A stretch of DNA of 62,962 nt, filler included, from Choristocarpus tenellus KU-1152 (GCA_964200185.2; 13 parts of 13 records of this genome joined end to end with filler, not necessarily neighbours in it); one strand, 5' to 3'; shown: positions 12,109-24,655, numbered from the whole stretch's first letter. The notes: generated by a model from the letters alone, not told the origin. Program-made: numbers and translations.

Positions 12109-14523
12109 GTCCATCATTGTGGTGGAGAAAGAGCAGAGAGACTTTTGGCTGCACTTCAAGAGTACAAATGCTCTCTCTACTACTCTAAAGCCTTGTGTGT
12201 CCTTGGCATTACCACCCTGGTCATGACCCCACCACATTGACTCAACACTTCTCCCGACCCCAGTATTGACCCATGTGTCCGTGTCTGGATTAAGGAAGTC
12301 AGCTGACGATGCTAACATGTGTTGCGCCTTGTGGAAGATCCAGCAGGGACTGACATTTCTGCAAGTGTTTTTGTATTTTGAAGATTTCTTCCGGGTCAAT
12401 CCTTAACTGAGAGGGTGGGTGTGTGCATAGAATAGTTGTTTTGCGTACCTTGCAACAGTTGAAGTACCCAACATATGATGGCAACGTCTTTGGCTCCCAA
12501 CCCACCCAAAGAGCCCGAGAATCTATCACTTGCTCGAATACATTTTGTTTTGGCTCACTTCATGCAAGAGGGGCAATGTGCTTCAAGGACGCAAGGTTGT
12601 AGTGAGGAGGGGGGGGAATATGTGGCAGCTTTTGTTATTTTATGCAAGCACAAAGCTGATCGGCGATTTACCTGCGAGAAACAGACCGTCTAGCCCCACA
12701 AACAGTTGTGTAAGAGATGTAGTGCAAATGTGATGTTAGTAGAGGAAGAGTAATGTGTCAGGCGGTTTGTGAATGAACAGAAAAGCATCGTGGCAGCGAT
12801 GCCAAGGTATGAGGATCGATGCAGTTGTATGAAAGTGTTGGTGTTAACAATGGTGAGGATGCTGGATTCACACCCTTGTTGTGCATGACAGTGTGTGCTT
12901 GAATGAGGATGTGATGACTGGAACTACCTTTGTATTGTGTCAAATCTCACCTAGTCTTTCCTAGGGTCTCCAAGCCGTTGGATTGGTTGGTGATTTGTTC
13001 GGTCTCCCACTTCATTGATGTTTGTCATATTTTTGTGCAAGTTTGTTCCTGATCCATCTAGCATTATATCGATAGAGCAGGAGGTATCTCACAGGTCGGT
13101 CAAGCTTGACTGGCTGGGTTGAACACACTCACCTGAATGATTTTTTTCTTTTCCTGGGAGTGAGTTAATATTCTCCTGTAAAAAATAATAGGGACTGTGT
13201 GCTACAATGTGGAAGACGTGGGTAAGTGAACCTTCTTTTTGAGGTCTTGTTTTGACAGCCATTGTTTTTTCCCCATGTGATTCAGTCCGTCAGATATTGT
13301 ATGGTGCAGTTCTCGGCATCTCCGTGAAGGCCTCTCAAAGCTAGCCCTAAACTTTTGAAGCCTTTGTGCTCAGTGTTCCACTTCTTCCTTGCGGGTCCCA
13401 GGTCGGCATCTATTTGTTAGCATCTATTTGTTACACCCTTAACCATTTGCACATTCGACTACTTTTTACTTTTTAAGAGTGTTACGGCTGATGTTACTGC
13501 AGTTGGTGCTGAACAACTAACTGGGCAATAAGTTGCCCCTTCCTGTTCAGCTCCTCATTTTTGTGACAATGGAGCAGGTCGTAGCAAGTCTCCTCCTTCT
13601 ACTACTGTGGTTATGTTTTTCATTTGTTAGCTGTATTGATGAAATTTGTAGAGGGTATGTCGGGAGGAAGTACTATCACCAGGGCATTTAAATCGTGCTC
13701 TCTGTATGACAAATATTTAAATCGGCTCTTTTGGGCAACATATCCAAATTCCGATCTGGTGCGCCATTCTACTTTGACAGAAAAAAATAGTGCAATGACC
13801 CAACAGAATGAGGAACATCAATAGAAAAAACTCTGGACCTAATTGCACGCCCCTCTTCCTACTGTGGTCTATTGGAAGGGCTTTATTGTTAGCATTAGCG
13901 GATTATCTGTTGTTCTGGTTTTCGTTATGCATCTGCTTTTACGTTGCTCCTTGTCCCTCCTTATTATAATATCTATAAGGTATTATTGGTAGGTGTAAGA
14001 TATCTGTTAGCCATGACCCATGACCAGATTTTTATGAGGTGTGTGTGTGTGTAATTACTGTCAGCCTCCGAAAGCAATATGGGAAATAGAGGGCCAAACA
14101 GCTGTGAATGTACTAGTCGTTGAGGATACTAAGTGCAAACCAAGTCAAGGAAGTTGCCGTTGGGTTCAAAGTTTGGAGCTGGGATGGTTGCCACCGTTTG
14201 GATTGGGTGTGGAAGAGGGGTCATCTGTTGCGAAAATCTCGACTTGTGCTGTAGATGATGGTATGGAGTTCAAGATGCTTCAGCATCAACGTTGTTTTAG
14301 CAAGGTTTCTGTCAATTGCTCTGTGGTCCGATCAACGCAAAGGGGGGAGGTAAAAGGATTTGGGCATGGCAGTAAGAGTGTTAGAGGATAGTGGCAGAAC
14401 GCACTAATCGAGATGAATTCCAGGTTGCCATCGGCCAATAAAAGCATGCGTATGAGGACACATAAACACAAACTCTTCAGGAAGATATTAAAATCAATAT
14501 ACCAAATATAGAAGTACGTAGAT

Positions 14524-15207
14524 TTAGAGAACGTCCAACCTCTCCAGCTCAACATGTCTGTCGAGGCATGTATCTGATTGGCGAAGTAGAGGGTGACTCA
14601 CGAACAGGAATTGACCTAGGTTACTCCTCAAAGTCGTGTCTCTCGTCAGTATGGTGGCAGAGTGGGACTTGTCCAGAACCAGGTCCGTGTAGGAGCGTCT
14701 TGGTCTATACTGTATCGTTCTTACAAGAAGCTGGATATTTCGCAATTGGACATTCTCCCATTTAACCTCGTAGGGGTAGCTGACTCGCCCATCTCCAACT
14801 TTCACTGTATAGTGGGGCTGGTACTTGGTCACAGTCCCTCGCATCCACTGATCGTCCCATCTGAAGTACATTCCCGTGCCCTTGGCACCGGCGTTGAGTG
14901 TTTCTCCCTCGTCTAAATCCGGCAAAGCCCTCAGTGTCGGTTCAAGGAGTATATATTTCTCCGTATCCTTCTCCATGTCAATACGCTTCTGCTGGCGGTC
15001 AACCATCGACTGGCAGCATTGTCTGACACGCTGGGCTACAGCCTCAACACTGTCCCTCTTGTTCTTTTCCCGAATTTGGTCGACACCCTCCTCTATCTCC
15101 TCTTCTGTCATGTATGACCTCAGATGAGGGGGCAAAGATTTTTCGCCATTGTTCGGAAGGGTAGGACACCGAGTAAATGTATGCCCCTGAACCGTCCACA
15201 TGAACAT
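14524..15207 (-). mobile_element. Intronless ORF fragment, probably the C-terminal part of a transposon-encoded protein
   Basis: Long unspliced frame with a partial zinc knuckle (GHTFTRCP, with CSCG upstream in another frame) and an aromatic SH3/Tudor-like segment (MYFRWDDQWMRGTVTKY...YEVKWE). Family not identified. Confidence 0.3.
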
Positions 15208-15339
15208 TGCTAACCTTCCCCCCTGTACGATAGACCCCCNNNNNNNNNNNNNNNNNNNNNNNNNNNNNNNNNNNNNNNNNNNNTTAATTAATTAANNNNN
15301 NNNNNNNNNNNNNNNNNNNNNNNNNNNNNNNNNNNNNNN

Positions 15340-15580
15340 GGGGGACTAGAAATCAGTGGCGAAGGGGGTTCGCCCTGGTTGGTCATCAGAGGTGGGCGTT
15401 GGCGGGAAATCAGTGGTGGAAGGGGTTCGCATTCGTTGACCATCGCAAAGGGGGGGGAGGACGGGAAACCAGAGGCGATGAGGTCGCAATGGGTAGTCAT
15501 AAGTGGGGGTACAATGGGGAGGGAAGAGGGAATGGGTGGAATGCAAACAGATAAAATAATAATAATAATTCAGAATTCTT
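15340..15580 (-). repeat. Dispersed repeat with internal ~58-60-bp tandem units, homologous to ~45120-45300
   Basis: Shared gaaatcagtggcgaagggggttcgc... and ggtacaatg...gggaatgggtggaatgcaa...cagaattc. Both copies translate to CEPxxPLISS-like repeats on the minus strand. Confidence 0.75.
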
Positions 15581-15692
15581 GATGAAACCAAAATGACTAT
15601 TACTAAACTGAAACGAATTATTTAGTACAATAAATATGATAATAACCCTTATCTAAGTGAACCATGTTGCCATATTATCATACGGTTCATAT

Positions 15693-15743
15693 TGGCGGCA
15701 CCGTTGAGATTTGAACTCACACGTGCGAAGCACACAAACTTAA
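15693..15743 (+). other. Primer-binding site complementary to the 3' half of a tRNA-Ser-like RNA including CCA
   Basis: TGGCGGCACCGTTGAGATTTGAACTCACACGTGCGAAGCAC... follows ...TTCA + 3 nt. Reverse complement: variable arm GTGCTTCGCAC, T-arm GTGAGTTCAAATCTCA, acceptor 3' strand CGGTGCC, discriminator G, CCA. Confidence 0.75.
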
Positions 15744-15804
15744 TAGGAGTTATACTCTAGGTGAGGTAGAAATTCCTACCTAACCTGGTACCTGGATTGT
15801 TGAT

Positions 15805-17030
15805 AGGAACCTGTACAGAGCAAACCCCCGTGCTGAACAATTGACTGACTCATGTATTAACACTATACAAGAGCAAGGCACCATTGAAAACGTGTCAGCC
15901 TTTGGGATATAGCCCTGTTGCCATCGTAGCCAAATCTGATGGCTGCTCCATGTTTCTGTGTAGCTTTCGTTGTGGCAGTTACTAATGTAAGGTTGTTTGT
16001 GATATTCAGAGTGAGTTGCTGAAGCTGATATATTGATAATACTGCTTTTGTCACTGCCAGAGGCAAGCATATTTTTGAGTGGATGCTGTTTGGGATATCA
16101 AATGGTTCCCTGGAAATTTCAAAGAATCATGTCGTTAGCCTTAGTAACTTTGACCCACTTAGTGGTATGCTGGTTTACATGGATGGTTTGATTGCTTGTT
16201 CGCCCACATGGGAAGGGCATTTGCACTTACTATAGTAGCAGTTCAAAGTTTTGCGAGCAGCAGCTGCAACCTTGAAAACCGTTAAAGGTCCTATTTGGAC
16301 CTAAAGAAGTATGTTATCTGTGTCACGTTTTATCATCTGAATGGATTCGTATCAGTGAAGATCAGGTTCGTGATATCACAGAATTACCTAAACCCATCAC
16401 TATCAAACAACCTCGATCTGTCCTAGGTATGACTGCTTTTGTGTCTAAAATTTGCGATCAACCTAACCACAGTCGTCGAAGCGTTGGTTCTTTTTACTAA
16501 GAAAGGTGTCAGTAACAACATTGCTAAGGAATTGGGATTGGGCCAGGATGAGGCAATTTTCAAAGCGAAACAACTACTCGCTGCAACCCCAGTTCTCATA
16601 TTTCCTGACTTTACCGAAGAGTTCGTCGTCCATGTTGATGCCAATAAAATGGTGTTGGAGATTTTATAGTACAACCCCGATTTGATAATCCTAATGACCT
16701 AGGGCTCAAAGTATATGGGGGTGGGGGGTGGGGGGTGGGAGGTCTACATCAGGGTGTCCATTCGGGCCCTGACCAGGAGAAGATAACTTGAATTATCCAT
16801 CCGACGCATGCAACCAAATCACCAAAAAATTGCGATATGGAAAAAATGGGCCCCAAATGGACTGTCACCACCACCCCAGATACTTTGAGCCCAGGTATCA
16901 TTGGTTTCTTAAGCAATAAATCTAATGAAGCTCAGCGTCACTATCCAGCTACACTAAGAGAGTGCTATTCAGTCGTTTCCGCTATCACTCATTGGCAACC
17001 ATATCTTTGGGGTAGATACTTTACTTTTCT
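15805..17030 (+). mobile_element. Decayed Ty3/Gypsy LTR retrotransposon pol (RT + RNase H)
   Basis: Frameshifted motifs LYRANP...QGTIE...SPVAIVAKSDG, TAFVTARGKHIFEWMLFGISN, FQRIM, LVYMDG (decayed YMDD), SPTWEGHL, LLAATPVLIFPDFTEEFVVHVDA, EAQRHYPATLRECYSVVSAITHWQPYLWGRYFT. Confidence 0.88.
16703..16891. mobile_element. MITE family B (~185 bp) inserted in the Gypsy RNase H
   Basis: TIR GGCTCAAAGTATATGGGG...CCCCAGATACTTTGAGCC. Removing it with one 3-bp flank (tag/cag) restores DNPNDLGIIGF. Confidence 0.8.
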
Positions 17031-18034
17031 TTTCCACCCACCTGTCTGAACCAAATCCGAAGGAAAATCGCCCGCAGAACAGGAATCAAACTCGGTTATC
17101 TTACAAGATCCCATCAAACCCCAAACAGACAAAACGGTATAAACATCCCCCCCTCTAAGATACTATGAGTCAGAGGAGTCCCTAGGACTACATAGTTGAT
17201 TGAGGAGTAAATACTAGCCATTTGTGTGGATGTAAGTATATGTTTATTTTGGATGGGCAGCGTAGGATAGAAATACATGACTGCGCCCATATGCCCATCC
17301 CAAAACAGCTCGCCATCCACAAGAGAAGTGGTATGCTATCCATGAAAGGAGAGCTTGTTCGAAATCTGAACGGTAGGCAATGCTGCAAAGTGCACACGAG
17401 TGAAGTCTGTGACAAGCCTAAAAGCAAGTCTCTCAGTGTCGTTGCCTTACAAAATCCTGTCAGAGCAAAGGGTGGGTGACTAATGCGGTGCAAGGAGGTA
17501 GATGACGGTGATAACGAGCCAAAGTAAACGAGAGGTACCCAGGTTTTGACCGTTTTAAATGTATGTATGTATCCAAATGTTTTGCAAGTCAACCATATTT
17601 CTATGGATTAAGTTCTAAGTTTGTTTAGGGAGCGTATATTTCACGATTGTTTGAAACATTTCTGACACAATTCAGATAATGTCCTAAAAACATTTGCAAA
17701 AAAGCCGTATTTTGCACATATTTGTCAGCATCCAAAAAAATGCAACGCTGGGTTCGTCTCGTTTACTTTGACTTGATGGAAGGCTGAGATGAGATGTGTG
17801 TGTGTGCGTGCGCGCGTGTGAACGTTTTCATCATCGAATTACAGGATTTTATTTAGGCAAACCTGCTCAAGTGCCATCGTTATAGTGTAGAGGAATAGTG
17901 GTGAAGACCCAAAGTATCTGGGAGGGGCGGGGGGGNNNNNNNNNNNNNNNNNNNNNNNNNNNNNNNNNNNNNNNNNNNNTTAATTAATTAANNNNNNNNN
18001 NNNNNNNNNNNNNNNNNNNNNNNNNNNNNNNNNN

Positions 18035-18156
18035 NCGTTCTGGTCGTCGTTCGTCCAGCCCAGCATGGCTGGCGCAGTGTTACAGCCATCCAGCCTGCTC
18101 AGGGCCTTCACCTCACCTTCCACGCCATTACCAAATCCATCCGCAATCTTCAATAC
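18035..18156 (-). CDS. Protein kinase-like exon fragment (subdomains II-IV)
   Basis: gcag|VLKIADGFGNGVEGEVKALSRLDGCNTAPAMLGW: VxK lysine followed by an ExxxL helix-C pattern. Truncated by the contig end. Confidence 0.45.
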
Positions 18157-18899
18157 CTGCGCGTTGACATTGGACTAAGTGAGCAGCGTCGATTGAATTG
18201 AGGATGATAGGAAAAAAATTCGAGCGAGTAGTACGACTACTGTACAGAAGGGTCGGGTAGTACTACGGAAAGGACGGGGACCTACGATAGAGCAGAGGGA
18301 GGGTCATGGATTCTAACGCTTTATCCAACCTTTATCCACACCTGGTCTAAGCCTTCCGACACAAACATAGCTCTGCTCGCTTCCCTCTCGCATTCCTTCC
18401 ATTGGAAAAGATCCCCATTTGTTTTACCTTCAGCGCAAACGGTGGGGATTTTCCTCACAGAGTCGATGAGGGCGAGAATATTGACTGATGGGGGCATCAT
18501 CGCGTCGTTGTCTACGCTGTCCTGGCAAGGAGAAGGGAAAAACTGAATCAGCGCCTTGGAATCCTACTCCAACGGTTTCATTTCTCAAATATGTCCAAGG
18601 TTTAGAACTTTCGAGAAGCATTCATATCTTCGCCCCTCACCAATCCCAGCACGCGGTCTCTTCAACCAGTCCAAATCCAGGTACTGATCCTAGTCACTAG
18701 CCATCCTCCCTGCTTGTTGAATCTTGGAGGTCAACCTCTGGAGGTCTTCCACGTTCCCACGCGTCGGATACTTATCAGTGTCGTTCACGATACGGTCAAG
18801 GGGAAGGGCAGAACTCTTTGCGAGATCCTGTAGATATCTATTTGGATATCTATTTGATATTGTCATGACATCAGACATGTTTTGGTTTGAACAAAAGTT

Positions 18900-20170
18900 G
18901 GAACCGTTAATGGATCGAAAATTGTATCTCCACTGGAGGCGCAAACAGGTGGAAAATCAAACAACAAAAATTAGTAGTATATACGTAGTGATAGTAGTAG
19001 AATGTTCTTGTCGTTGGCACATCACAACTATTGATGTAGACATCAGATTTTTTTTTAAATGCATACTTGTGATGCCCTTCACAAGGCATTCAACTTTTAT
19101 TTGTTTTGAAGAAAAAGCGTTCATACTGGATCGCAGGTCCCCAAGAGGGGTAACAGATCCACTATTGATGAAAATATACCAACGATGCAGCTGTACCACT
19201 TCGTGACGTTCAGGATGATTTGATGCACTAGTACTTGGTTCAAGTATATTCTACTATTGTAACGGTACAGCTTTGCTAGACAGGTCCTTGGAAGGAAACC
19301 TCCTGTTTCTTGAAACAACTACACGGAAACCGATAATCTACCCTAGTGGTCACACTCAAGTTCAGGGTATGAATATCTGTGACAACAGGTGGAAATCATG
19401 GAATAATTGTGTGGACATGTCTGGCCTGTCTCTTACGTGCATCTGGGAATCCCAGTGGATAACGCTCAGTATCACCACAGCTTCAGTATCTTCAAGTAAT
19501 CCATCGGGATTGTTGCAGGGACAGTGTCAAGAGTGATTTTGAAAACTAATAATATCCTTCTGTCACCTGGTCCAGCATATTGTCAACCAAGGTGCTAGAA
19601 CACCACTGGAAAATTTGACTCTTAAAATATTGTTTGTATGCGTATGTGAAAATATATTTGGACAATATGAAACGTTTGATGAACGCTATGCAACCTTTTG
19701 ACAGGTAGGCCCAACCTGTGTACATTTCTCTCAAGTTGAGGTTAACTTTTCTCACCCCACAAGCCTGAGTCGTCCAATAGGCTCTAAGAAACACCATCCT
19801 ATGCCATGGTACGGTCTTCAAGAATAATCAGTTTCACTTCCAACACCTTGTAATTGATAATGTATATATTAGATAAATATATCTTCTCGATCTCTGGACT
19901 CTTACAGCAACTTATCAGGTTTGCAATCAACTAGTACAGAGGACTTTGTTGCAAATACCGGTCGGTCCCAAGGAGAGGAGGGTTATGATAAAACATCAAA
20001 GAAGCCGGAGATCCTCGTAGGTGGACGTCCAGTCATCAGCAAATCAATTCCTTCAGGTGTTTTAGGGGCAGCAGTAGTCTTTCTTTTATGGCTAGTCGGT
20101 TGATCAGGGGCTCTTACATTAGGGATGCCCAACTTGTTCTTCTCCCTATATCCCTCTATAGGCTGCAATC
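18900..20170 (-). mobile_element. Possible decayed Polinton/PLV-like module (packaging ATPase followed by adenain-like protease)
   Basis: Intronless, multiply disrupted frames with LLMTGRPPTRIS (Walker A-like position), LLDDSG (Walker B-like), VHQTFHIVQIYFHIR, VTEGYY*F, then GGFLPR, IILN, SGT, YIFINSG, QRQEHST/FCCLIF. Motif resemblance only. Confidence 0.35.
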
Positions 20171-20874
20171 ATCTTTGCACATTCAGGTATTTAGTCAGTA
20201 TATGACAAACATTACTGTCCAGTGAATATATGTGAAAGCAAAGCCGGTAAATGAAATTTCAAGTGTTTTTTTTCATGCAACATCTCACTTGTGGTCAACA
20301 ATGCCCTCTACCACATATGTATGACCCAAGAGGTGGTCGTGTCTTTGACTCCTGACCAAGATCCGGTTCGAGAACTAACATCCCTGAAAAATGTGTATTA
20401 AGGGCACGCATATCAGGCTCAGCAACTACAACTTTCTGAGGTTTTAGTCTGACCACATGAACTATCACAACTCACCAGTCTTCCAAGCGTTTTGCACAAT
20501 GTATACAACACATGTTACACATACCTTCACTTCCTATGATCCTCTCCACGGAGATATAAGTTTGGGGTTCAATGCATCAGCTGAAGGATATGGTTTGTGA
20601 AGCCACACTTCATTAGCTGGCTTATAGATTGGGAGTTTATGGCTTACATTATAAGACACTCTTCTCAATGCCACCTCATCATTATTTCACCAGGAAAGAT
20701 TGTTTGCTAGCTGTAAAGGCACAAAGTATTTGGAGGGAAGGGGGGGGGGGGGGGGAACAACGGTGTCAGTTCGGGNNNNNNNNNNNNNNNNNNNNNNNNN
20801 NNNNNNNNNNNNNNNNNNNTTAATTAATTAANNNNNNNNNNNNNNNNNNNNNNNNNNNNNNNNNNNNNNNNNNN

Positions 20875-23800
20875 NGCCAGTGAAGATCCACCCCATGCTC
20901 CCCGTCCCCATCGACACGCTCCGCTAGGATCTTGCCGACCAAGAGCGGCGCCTCCGTTGCCACAAAAAGGCAAATCTGCCTTTCTGCACGGAGACGAGGT
21001 TTCCATGGTTCGCCGATGTCAACGTAGCACGAGGCCAACCCCGTCGACGGGAGTCAGCTTCTTCCTTGTCGCTGTCCGATGAGGAAGAGTCTGTTTCCTC
21101 GAGCCCGCCGAGATCATTGTCACTGCTGACAAGATTATCTCCTCCACCCGAGCGTTCGCCGTGGTCGGTGTCTTTGACGTCGCTGGTACCAGTTCCAGCG
21201 CCGTCGTCATCGGTGGGAAGCCAATGGACAGGGAGGTCAAACTCTCGTTCCCCTGTCTTTTTGAGAAGCCGCACAGACTCACTTTGCTCGTGTTTCGCTC
21301 TCTGAACGGCTTCATCTTCTGCGAAGGTGGAATCCATGAGCACGAGAACACCAACGGTATGGAAGCATGAATGTTACTTTGTAACCAGGCGTGAGGTTTC
21401 ACGAATGCGCTCGGGGAGCGTGCAGTGAGAGGGAGGGTGTATGTTTCGTCGGATTTGTGTCTGTTGAGTACAAGACCGGTACCCTCAAAACATTTATCGG
21501 GGGTAATCTATGGTACTTTTTATTGTAACATGCGACGATCACTACGCAGGAGAATGAAATTTTTTTCAATTTTTTTTTTGTAAAGGCTGTAAAGGCTGCC
21601 TTGTACAGAACTTGCACCAGATTTTTTTGGCTGCCATCGAATACAAAAATTAGCTATCAACTCCCCTCACGAAAAAATCGACTTAGCCAGTGGGTACGCA
21701 GCAGCGAGGCGCTCATGCGACGCCTGGTACCGCTGCTCCACCTTCAAGATGACGTATTCGGGAACACTCTTGAGCTGGTAGGGTGGTGCATCTTGGATAC
21801 GAGGCGGGTGGTCGATGAAGAGGTCGTGCGGAGGAGCGTTGGGGTCGATAGCAAGGTCTCCCCCCTTCCAACTCCATTCGGTGCTGTGCATGTATCGCTT
21901 AACGCTAACCTTAACCCGCCCATCACCACCTTTTTCAACGTGAAAAGCCCTGTAGCTCGTGATATTGGGGACACGGTTGACGCGACCGTGAAGGAGTCCC
22001 TTGAAGTTGCCCTCATTCCGTAGGGTCTTGCAGTAGACAGGAACCTCCGTGTAAGAGGCCTGCAGCTCTTCACCCAGCTATGTTCTTGTGAATATATTCT
22101 TCCCTTTTATACCATGCGAGAACCTGAAGGTGAAATGCAAGCAAGTTAATTTTAAGGCGGGGGCGAAAGAAACGAAGTGGAGAAGCAAGATGTATATGCA
22201 GGCACATGCTCCTCAGCATGTATATGGAAGTATAGATATATAAAGGGGTGATGCGTACATTTTTTTATTGTTTTGTTTCTACAGTAGCTTACGAAACAAT
22301 TTTGGCAGCTGCTCTTATCGTTCAATTTTTTGGTGGGGAAACCAAAAGCCAACCAATCAATTATAGTGTATGACCATAAACCATACATGGATGCAACAAG
22401 CGTGAGCCGCAAGCCTCAAGGTAGTATCTGTCCGTATCAAAACACTATGTGGCTATTGCACTTGCATATCTTGCCAAATTACCTGGAGAAGATCTGATCC
22501 ATTTTGATGTGCGTGTGCCCCACCATCATAAAATTTATCTCGACCACACGAATCATACTCGCCGCGACCAACACCCCCGCGAATCTGAGAAAGAAATTGT
22601 TCTTGTTCTCTGAGACGCAGTTGTCGACCTGGCCAGTTTGGGGAGTTGGGAGTGAGGGAGGGATAGGCGTGAGGCCGATATGTCAGCCCATTTCGCCGCG
22701 TTTCGTGGAGGAACAGGGTATGTTTCCAGTACTGCTAGAGCGCAAGCTCTACATCACCAACATCATACATGCAACAAGCAACACACTAACCAAAACTAAA
22801 AACCATGCGGTTAGATTTTTGGTGACCGGTATTCAGCAAGTACGTGTTGAGTAGGTCGTGTCAAGATGAAACTTTTTAACCTACCAATATGCATGCTGGA
22901 TGATGTGACTCCCCGTGTGACCAAGGCTGTTGTGGTACTTGTCGATAAGCTTAGTGAGGGCAAGGTGGGTGGCTGTGCAGACAAGGTTACAACCTGCGCG
23001 AACGATGATGTCCGTCGTTAGTTGGCAAATAGTACTCTGCTTACCTACGCATTGTATATTTGGAGCTAAAAAGAGCACAAAACATTTCCCTCCTACATCT
23101 CATTGTACACGACCAGGAAGCAGTCTATCATACAACATGTGTGGGCAGGTAATAAGAACGTTTTTGTGATGATTGAGGGTTAGGCTGCTGCCGTTAGCAC
23201 CTGTGTGGGAGTCTTCATTCGCAAACGGAAACAGATGTTCTTCAAAATGGAGGGCAATGACGGCGACATGTTGTCACTGTACGCTTGTTGCAAAATTAAC
23301 GCTGGACACATACCTCTAGATGGTCTGACAGTTCCTTATCGATGGAATCGAGGACGGTGGAGTCGTTCGTGGGTTTTACAGCAGGCGCACTGTGCCGCTT
23401 CTCTTTTAAGGTGTCACATACGTCACATTTCATAAACTTGCCTCCTACCCTCACCCTGATGTTGAGTCTGTCCTCTCTGAGCAATCGGAGGAAGTGCGCC
23501 CTGCTTACCCGCTTGGAAGGGTCGTCAGGATACACCCGTATTGCCTCTTTGCAAAAATCCTTGCATAGCTCCTAATTAAAAATGTTGGTTGTGTGGGCAA
23601 GTGAGGAGTTATTGAGAAGGAACACTCGAAGAACACCCCTGGAAGATCTCTCGGAGGCGGGCAGACCAATAACTTGACTGAGAACGCGGAAGACAGGATT
23701 AAGCAAGCTTACATCGTGCATTACGAAAGAGCAAACACAATGACCTTCGTAAATCTGCCATGAGCGTCATTCTTATCGGTCCTCGCTGCCGTTTACAGAA

Positions 23801-24269
23801 GCGGCAAAGGAGACGAATCTACCATCATAATCATCATCATCGCGAAGCGCTTTAGATACACGAAGTACACACTTTTCCTAGCAATGTCAGACCAGCACCG
23901 GGGACGCAGAGTATGTGTACACGGCGTCGAAATAACAGTTACCGTGCCTTCCTTCGTAAAAACGACGAAGAGTATCATCATCAACATTATAGTCTCGACA
24001 TAGCAAACGAAAAAATAGCCTTGGTACGAATCTTCACATGTTCTTTGAACATTAATATCAGACCGGTCCAAGTAATGAACATCCTCCAACACAGGGTTCG
24101 ACCAACCTCTCCACAACTAAGGGAAAAACCTACCTGTTTGTTCGCGGCGTAGATCACAATTGTGGACTTGTGAGGCATGAACTGCCCGTATGTATCAGCC
24201 CAATAGTCTATCCAGGACATCACCAGGTCTCGCTTCGGAGCCATGTCCTTATCTTTGCTCATGCCGTTC
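20875..24269 (-). pseudogene. Decayed, intron-containing Sola-type (Sola2-like) DDD transposase gene
   Basis: Exon 24134-24269 (SWIDYWADTYGQFMPHKSTIVI); HVKIRTKAIFS and RVRVGGKFMKCDVCD Cys motifs; exon 22483-22628 VDNCVSENKNNFFLRFAGVLV...VEINFMMVGHTHIKMDQIFS spliced in phase to the exon starting 22123 (RFSHGIKGKNIFT, one in-frame TAG); acidic linker and C-terminal FVA...VGKI...LHW. Confidence 0.75.
21482..21694. mobile_element. Possible small non-autonomous insertion in the transposase gene
   Basis: AT-rich ~210-bp block bounded by TA-CCC...GGG-TA (GTAC at both junctions) inside a GC-rich coding region. Confidence 0.35.
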
Positions 24270-24400
24270 CTGTTGTAGTAGCGCACGTATGCATATAAAT
24301 GGATGGGAGATGTGTTAGAGGTGGATACAAGGGACGGGGGATGGAATCCTAGAAGGATCGTATGCCCCAGCAGCGGATCTCTAATTCTGTAGATATTTAT

Positions 24401-24655
24401 GAGTAAAAGTATCTTAGAGGGTACGAGCTTTGCCCTGTTTATCCATTTGGCGCTTGGCTTCCTATATTTCTTATGACATTTTCCTCCCTCAAAATTTTTC
24501 GGAGTTGGTAAAATATTTACGTTATGAAAGGTGTGTCTGAAAAAAGGATATTGACACCTCCTAACAAACACGATGACCAAAATTACATCAAAATCGCAAC
24601 ATTGGATTTTGACCCCCAAATGGACGCAGCCATACCCTCTAAGATACTTTGGCTC
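24401..24655 (-). mobile_element. MITE family A (~255-265 bp)
   Basis: TIRs GAGTAAAAGTATCTTAGAGGGTA...TACCCTCTAAGATACTTTGGCTC. Flanks TTAT/TTAC. Confidence 0.92.

Noticed and set aside
15693-15780. Functional tRNA-Ser gene on the minus strand
   Set aside because: No 5' acceptor strand or D-arm, and CCA is genomically present. Better explained as a retroelement primer-derived sequence.
23987-24619. 210-aa ORF as a single gene
   Set aside because: Its first third is read through a MITE A copy and intron. Only the 24134-24269 part and the following segment belong to the transposase.
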